Source: an uncultured Muribaculaceae bacterium (GTDB lineage: Bacteria; Bacillota_I; Bacilli_A; RF39; UBA660). Taken from it: DNA of 25,120 nucleotides. Where the stretch lies: contig CAZRIC010000002.1 in assembly GCA_964600095.1 (NCBI GenBank), forward strand, positions 1 through 25,120, given 5' to 3'. Made by a program: the position numbers and the translations under genes. Of this stretch, positions 13,201-19,885 are shown in pieces. Below the pieces are notes generated by a model that saw only the letters and a list, made by a program, of their open reading frames with translations, was not told the DNA's origin and made no database searches. Positions within the stretch are counted from its first letter, which is position 1. Each line of letters begins with the position of its first letter.

Positions 13201-15147
13201 ATGAGTTTACAAAGGTTTACTTATGGCTCAAATGCATCAAAAATAAGAGTTTCTAATAATATTAATTTTCAAACAGGTAAAGTACCTGATCGTGTTTTTC
13301 ATGAAAGAGGTTACAGAAATCCTGCTTGTGATAATAATGATATAGATTATAATGGAATTCTTCCTGGGCAAGATAGTTCTTATTATGAATCCATTGCGAA
13401 TGCAATGTTGGAAGATTTAGTTATCGGGGTTAATGATCCTAAAATTAATCGTGAAAATACAAGAGTATTACAATCGGCTATGGACTTTTTAGCAGAAAAT
13501 GGCGGTGGAACACTTAATTTACCAGCAGGTGAAATCTATTTTGGACAAGGTGGTACTGCTGGAACCAATGCAGCTAGCGGAGAAAGATTTGCCATTTTGT
13601 GTAGAAGTAACGTACATTTAAAAGGAGCAGGAGCAGATTCTACTATTTTAAAACCGGTTCGTTCTTTTAGTGAAAATGAATCAAGCAGTATGGATATGTT
13701 CTTTTTTAACCATTATTCATCAGGAAATCCTCCATATGCTAAAAGAGCAGATGGTAGTAATTTTCAAGCTGGAGATACAGTAGATTATACTTATATTGAT
13801 CTTGAAGGAAACTATGTTACTCTTACGGATGAACCTATTTATTTAACTAATGCAGATTTTAGTGATTTTACAATTGATGCTAGTAATGTTTTAGGAAATA
13901 AAGGAAAATATACTACATCTGGTAAAGGTTTTATGATCAATTTATTTAAAGATTGTGACTGGAATAATGTAGTTGTAAAGGATACAGATGCTACTGGATT
14001 TGGTATGGATTGTCCAATCAACTGTACCATTACTAATTGTGTGGCAATAGGTTGTGGAAAGCAAGCAGATACTACCTCTGGAGGAGCTAGTGGCTTTGGT
14101 ATTGGAACTGGATACGCCAATGGAGAATCTATATTAATTGCTAATTGTAGAGCTTATAATAATACAAAGTATGGTATATTCTTTGAACATCAATCAAGGT
14201 TTCAATCAGATACAAGTAGATATCCAGCGACAACTTCAGATGGATTCTTAGTTGTTAATTGTGAGGCTGGGGGTAACTTATATGATTTTGGTGGTATTAA
14301 AGCCTATGATGTTACTCTAAAAAATGTAAGAAGTATCAGAAGTGAAGAAGAATTATATAGAAATTCAAGAACTATTGCAGCATCTCCTTTAGCGTATAGT
14401 TTGCAAGCAAGTTCAACTTTACCTGTGGATAATTCTAATTTTACATTAGATCGTTCCATTAATAGTGAATATACTAGACAACATCTATATTTTTCTGATT
14501 ATTCCTCTAATTGTCATGTAGAAGAGAGTAATTTATATTCTAATATAATAGACTTTAATCATTCTGAACCTGAAATTTCATGGGCAATTAATTCTGGTAG
14601 TATGACTTTGAAAAATCCAAATGAGTTTGGAAGTAAAGATTCTCTTTCTAGAATGGAAGTTATGCAAATATTATATAGATATAATGGTATGCCTAATGCT
14701 ATAGATGTTACAGGACGCCGTTCAATTGGACAAGATACATTAGCCAAGATTAATACTTATAATGAAACTGGAAACAATTTTAATGATTTAGGAAACTATG
14801 CTAGTGAAGATGGTGGATTAGACGCAGTTCTTTGGGGAGTAAATAATAAGATTGTTATGCCTAATGCCTCTTTTAATCCAGAATCTGTATGTACGCGTTC
14901 CCAAATGGTAACAATGTTATATAGAATGGCTGGTTCTCCTAACTCTAGTGGAGCAGTTCCTTTTACAGATATTCAAACTGGTTCATGGTATTCTGATGCA
15001 CTTACTTGGGCATATAATAATGGAATAATTAAAGGAGTAAGTCTTACGGAATTTGCTCCGAATAAAGAATTAACAAAAGAAGAAATGGCAATTATATTAT
15101 CACGTTATGATAATATGCTTTCTTCTTCTTCAATAGCGACACTTTAA
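13201..15147 (+). CDS. Right-handed beta-helix (pectin-lyase-fold) protein with three C-terminal SLH-like repeats
   Basis: NTRVLQSAMDFLAENGGGTLNLPAGEIY N-cap, Gly/Asn-rich beta-helix rungs, SLH-like segments ending SRMEVMQILYRY, TRSQMVTMLYRMAG and WYSDALTWAYNNGIIKG...FAPNKELTKEEMAIILSRY. Confidence 0.82.
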   Translation: MSLQRFTYGSNASKIRVSNNINFQTGKVPDRVFHERGYRNPACDNNDIDYNGILPGQDSSYYESIANAMLEDLVIGVNDPKINRENTRVLQSAMDFLAENGGGTLNLPAGEIYFGQGGTAGTNAASGERFAILCRSNVHLKGAGADSTILKPVRSFSENESSSMDMFFFNHYSSGNPPYAKRADGSNFQAGDTVDYTYIDLEGNYVTLTDEPIYLTNADFSDFTIDASNVLGNKGKYTTSGKGFMINLFKDCDWNNVVVKDTDATGFGMDCPINCTITNCVAIGCGKQADTTSGGASGFGIGTGYANGESILIANCRAYNNTKYGIFFEHQSRFQSDTSRYPATTSDGFLVVNCEAGGNLYDFGGIKAYDVTLKNVRSIRSEEELYRNSRTIAASPLAYSLQASSTLPVDNSNFTLDRSINSEYTRQHLYFSDYSSNCHVEESNLYSNIIDFNHSEPEISWAINSGSMTLKNPNEFGSKDSLSRMEVMQILYRYNGMPNAIDVTGRRSIGQDTLAKINTYNETGNNFNDLGNYASEDGGLDAVLWGVNNKIVMPNASFNPESVCTRSQMVTMLYRMAGSPNSSGAVPFTDIQTGSWYSDALTWAYNNGIIKGVSLTEFAPNKELTKEEMAIILSRYDNMLSSSSIATL

Positions 15148-15162
15148 AAATTGAAACTAGAA

Positions 15163-15387
15163 ATGAAAAATAATAATAAATGTCCAAAATGCAATAGCAA
15201 TGATATTATAAGAGTGAATGGAAGTTCTAGAGGCTATGGAGCAGGCAACAATATAATGACTGGAATGACAATTTTTTCAGCAGTAAAAGTAAATAGATAT
15301 ATTTGTTGTAATTGCGGTTATTGTGAAGAATGGATAGATAAAGAGGATATCTCTAAAATAAAAAAAAGCGGTAACCCTAAAGGATAG
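15163..15387 (+). CDS. Small Zn-ribbon protein
   Basis: CPKC...CCNCGY pairs; ATG 15163 preferred over TTG 15151, start uncertain. Confidence 0.7.
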   Translation: MKNNNKCPKCNSNDIIRVNGSSRGYGAGNNIMTGMTIFSAVKVNRYICCNCGYCEEWIDKEDISKIKKSGNPKG

Positions 15388-15400
15388 AGTTATCATTTAT

Positions 15401-15426
15401 CGACTAGTTTCATCTAGTCGTTTTTT
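15401..15426 (+). terminator. Intrinsic terminator
   Basis: CGACTAG-TTTCAT-CTAGTCG followed by T6. Confidence 0.85.
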
Positions 15427-15431
15427 ATGCT

Positions 15432-15563
15432 AAAAAAAGAGCCCAGTATTAGGACTCATTAAAGGGAGCTTACTTTCCTAGTGTGATTGAATGGAAGTAA
15501 GCATATGTTATAATTTGGTACTAAAGTACCAATTGTAAACAAGCCAATAATTATCTTATTGAC
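15432..15563 (-). ncRNA. Candidate ~132-nt structured sRNA (family not recognised)
   Basis: Own promoter, three hairpins, a single-stranded UCCCUUU linker, a GAGUCC/GGGCUC terminator with U7, and no SD-led ORF. Confidence 0.55.
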
Positions 15564-15569
15564 AAATTA

Positions 15570-15598
15570 ATAGTATCATAATTTGATAAAATTTGCAA
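15570..15598 (-). promoter_or_regulatory. sigmaA-type promoter of the candidate sRNA
   Basis: TTGCAA (15598-15593), 17 nt, TACTAT (15575-15570), extended TG; predicted +1 is G15563. Confidence 0.6.
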
Positions 15599-15654
15599 TA
15601 TGAAGCAAACTAGTTTCATAAAGTTATAGATTATACATAATATTATATATTTTT

Positions 15655-15864
15655 TTATTCTTCTTTATTCGTTTTTATTTTAGAAAAATCAATTGAAATG
15701 TCTACTGATTCATATCCACAATTAGGGCACTTTTGTTTATTTTTCATTAAAGCTTCGTTTTGTTCTTTTGTTCCTAGTGCGAAATTTACACTATAGACAG
15801 TAAGTTGCTCACTTTCAGCACCACATTTTATACATTTAACTATATTTCTACTTACTTTAGTCAT
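15655..15864 (-). CDS. Small Zn-ribbon protein (69 aa)
   Basis: CIKC...CPNC pairs; AGGAG/AAGG SD upstream. Confidence 0.72.
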   Translation of the reverse strand: MTKVSRNIVKCIKCGAESEQLTVYSVNFALGTKEQNEALMKNKQKCPNCGYESVDISIDFSKIKTNKEE

Positions 15865-15885
15865 ATTTTCCTTCTCCTAATTTAT

Positions 15886-15909
15886 AAAAAACTCCAAAAT
15901 TTTGGAGTT
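15886..15909 (-). terminator. tRNA-Trp terminator
   Basis: AACUCCAA-AAUU-UUGGAGUU plus U-run, about 10 nt after the CCA end. Confidence 0.7.
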
Positions 15910-15919
15910 GTATTCATAA

Positions 15920-15993
15920 TGGCAGGGGTGGAGAGAATCGAACTCCCAACAGCGGTTTTGGAGACCGTTATTATACCATTTAACTACACCCCT
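15920..15993 (-). tRNA. tRNA-Trp (CCA)
   Basis: 74-nt cloverleaf: AGGGGUG/CACCCCU acceptor stem, CUCCAAA loop, UUCGAUU T-loop, encoded CCA. Confidence 0.97.
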
Positions 15994-16020
15994 ATGTGTA
16001 TAAATTGGTTGACATGATTA

Positions 16021-16049
16021 ATTATAGCACAAAGAATTAAAATATTCAA
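16021..16049 (-). promoter_or_regulatory. sigmaA promoter of tRNA-Trp
   Basis: TTGAAT, 17 nt, TATAAT, with extended TG. Confidence 0.7.
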
Positions 16050-16079
16050 GAAAAAATCATATAATATAATGGTGATAGA

Positions 16080-16502
16080 ATGGTTATTAAATATACAAAT
16101 TCTGAAAGAGATTTGCTTGCTAGATTGATGAGAGCAGAAGCTATAGGGGAAGGGGCTCTTGGAATGCTTATGGTAGGTAATGTTACTGTTAATAGGGTAT
16201 TAGCGGATTGTTATACATTTAAAGATATTAATACATTATCACAAGCAATTAATCAGAATCCAGGCGGATTTAGTGGAACATCTAGTTCGTTATTTTATGG
16301 TTCTCCTACTACTAAGGAAAGAGATCTTGCTAATCGTGTAATTAAGGGTGAATATTATCACCCAGCAACGAATTCTTTATGGTTTTATGCACCAGGAAAT
16401 AAAGCATGTAGTTCAACTTGGTATGATCAGCCTTTAGCAGGCCAATATAAAAATCATTGTTTTTATGAACCTATTAGTGGGGTTTGCAATACTATCCATT
16501 AA
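16080..16502 (+). CDS. cwlJ: Spore cortex-lytic enzyme, CwlJ type (Hydrolase_2)
   Basis: DLLARLMRAEAIGEGALGMLMVGNVTVNR, SLWF, C...WYDQP...HCFY-P...C closely follow Bacillus CwlJ; 140 aa, no signal peptide. Confidence 0.88.
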   Translation: MVIKYTNSERDLLARLMRAEAIGEGALGMLMVGNVTVNRVLADCYTFKDINTLSQAINQNPGGFSGTSSSLFYGSPTTKERDLANRVIKGEYYHPATNSLWFYAPGNKACSSTWYDQPLAGQYKNHCFYEPISGVCNTIH

Positions 16503-16531
16503 TTGACTTTCTAAATAATTGATGGTAGAAT
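16503..16531 (+). promoter_or_regulatory. sigmaA promoter
   Basis: TTGACT, 17 nt, TAGAAT, with extended TG. Confidence 0.7.
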
Positions 16532-16551
16532 AAGCCCGTCGGAGGGGTTGT

Positions 16552-17556
16552 ATGGCATATAACTGGCAAATGGACAAATTGATTTTAGAGTCCAATAATG
16601 CAAAATTAGAAGATATGGAAAAAAATGTCTACCAAGAAATGATTGCAGATTACTCTGGTAAAAGAATAGATATTCCCTCTATTAGTAAAGCGCAGTTTAG
16701 GCGCGCTATAAATCAATTCCAGTTATCCAATTATAAAGAAGAATTAGATTTGATATTATATTTTGGTCGAATGTTTTCTTCACTTGATTTAGATTTGCCA
16801 ACTCCAATTTTGAATAGATATCCGGAGTCTGATGTTATTAATTTAGCAAAAATATATATGCGTAGAAAAGAACCAAATGATTTTCCTTATTTTAGAAGAA
16901 TTGTAAACTGTCAAGGAAGAATCCAGTTTAATTATATAGCTCCTAAAGATTATTTTTTAGGAAAAACTTACTTTTTAGATAGTAATAGCTACTATATTTT
17001 AATTAATAGTATAAATGGTATTCAAGATACAGTTACTTTACTACATGAATCTAGCCATGTTGAGGGATATTTAAAATATGGCTTTAATTTGTCAAAATAT
17101 TATGCAGAATTAGCGCCTATTACTAGAGAACATTATAGCTTTGACATGCTTAGAACTTATGATCTTAGTGAAGAGGTAGAAAAGCAAAGAATCTTATCAC
17201 TTTATCATTATTTAGCTCGAACAATAAAATTTTGGAATGCCATACTCTTTATTATGGATTTAAAAAATAATACGAATCATTGGAAGCAAAGTATGGCTGA
17301 TTTCCAAACTTTCTCTCAATATTTTGATGTTCCCTATATTTATGGGCTTCTGACAACTACTTTAGAACAAGAGATAGGATATACCCTTTCTTTCATTGCC
17401 AGTTTAGATATTTATTCTCATTGTTCATCACAGGAATCTAATATTTTTATTACTAGTTATCAAATAGGTACTAGAAAAGTTACACAAAAAAGTATTGATA
17501 GAGTAGTCGTATATCTTTTAGAGGTTTTAAAGCCTTATCAAAAGGTAAAAAAATAG
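16552..17556 (+). CDS. Short M3-like zinc metallopeptidase-domain protein
   Basis: YYILINSINGIQDTVTLLHESSH resembles PepF PYILLNY...DVxTLAHELGH; downstream AELAPITRE supplies a possible third ligand; GGAGG SD. Confidence 0.6.
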   Translation: MAYNWQMDKLILESNNAKLEDMEKNVYQEMIADYSGKRIDIPSISKAQFRRAINQFQLSNYKEELDLILYFGRMFSSLDLDLPTPILNRYPESDVINLAKIYMRRKEPNDFPYFRRIVNCQGRIQFNYIAPKDYFLGKTYFLDSNSYYILINSINGIQDTVTLLHESSHVEGYLKYGFNLSKYYAELAPITREHYSFDMLRTYDLSEEVEKQRILSLYHYLARTIKFWNAILFIMDLKNNTNHWKQSMADFQTFSQYFDVPYIYGLLTTTLEQEIGYTLSFIASLDIYSHCSSQESNIFITSYQIGTRKVTQKSIDRVVVYLLEVLKPYQKVKK

Positions 17557-17577
17557 AAAAAAGTAATAGTTTATGTA

Positions 17578-17606
17578 TTGACAAGCAAAATGATTTTAGA
17601 TATAAT
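17578..17606 (+). promoter_or_regulatory. Consensus sigmaA promoter of tRNA-Ala
   Basis: TTGACA, 17 nt, TATAAT. Confidence 0.85.
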
Positions 17607-17638
17607 TAAGCAGTAGTCGGAATTATTAGGCTTGTTTT

Positions 17639-17715
17639 GGGGAATTAGCTCAGCTGGCTAGAGCACCTGCCCTGCACGCAGGGGGTCAAGGGTTCGAATC
17701 CCTTATTCTCCACCA
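17639..17715 (+). tRNA. tRNA-Ala (UGC)
   Basis: 77-nt cloverleaf, G3-U70 alanine identity pair, CCUGC/GCAGG anticodon stem, encoded CCA. Confidence 0.95.
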
Positions 17716-17725
17716 TTATGTATAT

Positions 17726-17749
17726 AACCGTTGATTGTCAACGGTTTTT
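17726..17749 (+). terminator. tRNA-Ala terminator
   Basis: AACCGTTGA-TTG-TCAACGGTT followed by a T-run. Confidence 0.82.
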
Positions 17750-17844
17750 ATTTTTTTACCTTACATTTAATTGTAAAAGGTTAAAAAAATTTTTTATAAT
17801 GATAAAATATGATACAATAAATACATAAAGTAGGAAGGATCAAT

Positions 17845-18171
17845 ATGGAAAAGAAATGTTGTGTATTTGAAAAATCTGAGGAAGAGTTTGTTCATAATAA
17901 ATCTTTTATAGTTGTAAAGGAGTATGCAGATATTGATGCACCTGGAACCTGTAAAAGACTTTTATTAAAATGTCAAAAATGTGGGGCATTATTTTTGTAT
18001 CAGTCTTTAGATTGGAATGACAGTTATTATGAGGATTATATTCAAGTTGAAGATGAAAAAGGAGCAGATAGATTAAATCAAGAATTACCATTTATAGGAT
18101 TTGGTAGTAGTAAGCACCATATGATTAAAATAGGTAGTGATAGAAATGTATTGTTTCAATTGTCAGAATAA
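17845..18171 (+). CDS. Hypothetical protein with a CxxC motif
   Basis: 108 aa, AGGAAGGA SD, LLKCQKCG motif. Confidence 0.7.
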   Translation: MEKKCCVFEKSEEEFVHNKSFIVVKEYADIDAPGTCKRLLLKCQKCGALFLYQSLDWNDSYYEDYIQVEDEKGADRLNQELPFIGFGSSKHHMIKIGSDRNVLFQLSE

Positions 18172-18173
18172 TT

Positions 18174-18202
18174 TTGACAAGATATATAAAATTTGTTACA
18201 AT
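18174..18202 (+). promoter_or_regulatory. sigmaA promoter
   Basis: TTGACA, 17 nt, TACAAT with extended TG; overlaps the track's TTG start, supporting ATG 18229. Confidence 0.72.
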
Positions 18203-18228
18203 ACACGCCGAATAAAGAAGGGGATTAT

Positions 18229-19161
18229 ATGGACTTATTAGGCACTTTGACACAAGAAATTCAAATGTTAGAATTGACAGATAAACTTAAAATTGCTCAA
18301 TATATCTATAAAAGAACTGGTGAATTATTTGAATATGATCCTCTTTGGATTTTTTCAAATATAGAAGAAAGAGAAAAGTTAAGAAAAAAGAAAATAGATA
18401 TAAGAAATGTTACAGATTTTGATATTACTTGTTTTTCTTGGTCAGATTTATATAATGAATTACTACATTCTTTTGGTATTGTTTCTAAAATTAAATATAT
18501 TATGGAAGATGTATCTGTAGATGATAAAAAAGTAAAAAAAGCAGTGCATGCTTATGTTGAAGTTTTTATTAATGGACGAATATATTTAGCGGATTTAACA
18601 GCTTCTTATAAAGATATGATTGGTATAAAATATGGATTAGATACTTATTATAATTGTCAATTATCTAGAAAATCGTATGACAGTCAGTATGAATTTGATT
18701 ATGTAGAAGAAGATATTTATAAGAAGAATGTAAATGTAGAAGAATTGATAGAACAGTTAAAGAAAGATTTAGAAAAATATAAAGGAACTAGTAATTCTAA
18801 AGAAGAATATATTTATTATGTTTATCAAAAGATTAGTGAGTTAATTAATATTATTAAGGCAAATACAGGATATGTAATAGGTGTTAAATATGTTCAAGCT
18901 CTATTAAAAATGTTTTTAGGGGAAGAGCACCTTTTCCAAAATGTTTATTTCTATAATAAAGATAAAAGCATTTATATTGCTGTTCATAAAGTAACTGTTA
19001 AAGAAGTGCCCCATTATTTTGCGTATGAAAGAACACCAGAAGGAAACTATGAGATGCATGAAGTAAGTTCTGCTATTGTAGATTTATATTATGATATGTA
19101 TTCTTATAAACTTTCAAAAGATTTGAGACAAACTTGCTTAATACCAACTTTAAATATTTAA
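18229..19161 (+). CDS. Soluble transglutaminase-like / papain-fold protein
   Basis: ITCFSWSDLYNELLHSFGI...HAYVEVFINGRIYLADLT fits the C...HaW-eV...DpT TGc pattern (C68, H107, D122 from ATG 18229). Confidence 0.68.
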   Translation: MDLLGTLTQEIQMLELTDKLKIAQYIYKRTGELFEYDPLWIFSNIEEREKLRKKKIDIRNVTDFDITCFSWSDLYNELLHSFGIVSKIKYIMEDVSVDDKKVKKAVHAYVEVFINGRIYLADLTASYKDMIGIKYGLDTYYNCQLSRKSYDSQYEFDYVEEDIYKKNVNVEELIEQLKKDLEKYKGTSNSKEEYIYYVYQKISELINIIKANTGYVIGVKYVQALLKMFLGEEHLFQNVYFYNKDKSIYIAVHKVTVKEVPHYFAYERTPEGNYEMHEVSSAIVDLYYDMYSYKLSKDLRQTCLIPTLNI

Positions 19162-19186
19162 AAGTCATTGAAATCAATGGCTTTTT
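19160..19186 (+). terminator. Intrinsic terminator
   Basis: AAAAGTCATTG-AAAT-CAATGGCTTTT stem with T-tail. Confidence 0.7.
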
Positions 19187-19188
19187 CA

Positions 19189-19217
19189 TTGGAAAAAGAA
19201 AAATACTATGATATACT
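19189..19217 (+). promoter_or_regulatory. sigmaA promoter of def
   Basis: TTGGAA, 17 nt, TATACT with extended TG; supports a start at 19240. Confidence 0.6.
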
Positions 19218-19239
19218 AACCATAAGAAAAGGTGATTTT

Positions 19240-19821
19240 ATGGAGGCAATTACAATTAAAGATAATGAAGAATTTTTAAGATTAAAATCGAAAGAAGTTC
19301 ATTTAGAGAGTGAAGAATATCAAAAAGATATTGAAGTATTAGAACAGTTTTGTTTAGAACATGAAGTTCTTGCTATGGCTGCTATTCAAGTAGGAATACC
19401 AAAAAGAATTATTTATTTAAAGAATACAGATTTAGAAAATATAACGGATACAGGGCACAATGAAAGAAAAATTCTTATTAATCCTGTTATAACAAAAAGG
19501 GAAGGTTTAACAGAATATTGGGAAGCTTGTGCTAGTTGTTTAACCAATACAGGAAGAGTTTTAAGACCTTATAAGATAGAATTAGAATATGTAGATGAAA
19601 ATAGAAAAAAACAAAAGGGTGTTTTTGAGGGCTTTGAAGCAACCGTTTTATCACATGAATATGATCATTTAGATGGTATTCTTCATATTGATATAGCAGA
19701 AGAAATTCTTCAGATGGAAAAAGAAGAAAGAAAAGAATTTAGGAAAACTCATGGTTATCAAATATATTCAAAAACAGGAAATTACCAAACATTATTAAAA
19801 AAGAAGAGAGAGGAAAAATAA
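19240..19821 (+). CDS. def: Peptide deformylase-like protein (divergent motifs)
   Basis: AAIQVG, ILINPVI, EACAS, RPYKIEL, HEYDHLDG; AGGTG SD before MEAITIK. Confidence 0.82.
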   Translation: MEAITIKDNEEFLRLKSKEVHLESEEYQKDIEVLEQFCLEHEVLAMAAIQVGIPKRIIYLKNTDLENITDTGHNERKILINPVITKREGLTEYWEACASCLTNTGRVLRPYKIELEYVDENRKKQKGVFEGFEATVLSHEYDHLDGILHIDIAEEILQMEKEERKEFRKTHGYQIYSKTGNYQTLLKKKREEK

Positions 19822-19885
19822 TTCCTTTTTCTTTTTGACAAATTTCTATTAGAATTGTGTTATACTAAATAAGGATGGTGATACT

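Noticed and set aside
13839-14747. Two minus-strand ORFs (93 and 62 aa)
   Set aside because: Antisense shadows of the beta-helix/SLH gene.
15507-15540. 34-nt palindrome GTTATAATTTGGTACTAAAGTACCAATTGTAAAC resembling a CRISPR repeat
   Set aside because: Single copy, no spacers and no cas genes; better explained as hairpin 2 of the candidate sRNA.
15805-16017. 70-aa plus-strand ORF
   Set aside because: Antisense to tRNA-Trp and the 69-aa Zn-ribbon gene.
17906-18091. 61-aa minus-strand ORF
   Set aside because: Antisense to the 108-aa gene, which has the better SD.
18193-19239. Longer upstream starts from the ORF track (18193, 19168; likewise 3219 and 5228)
   Set aside because: They lack an SD or overlap promoters and terminators; downstream ATGs (18229, 19240, 3174, 5216) have well-spaced SDs.
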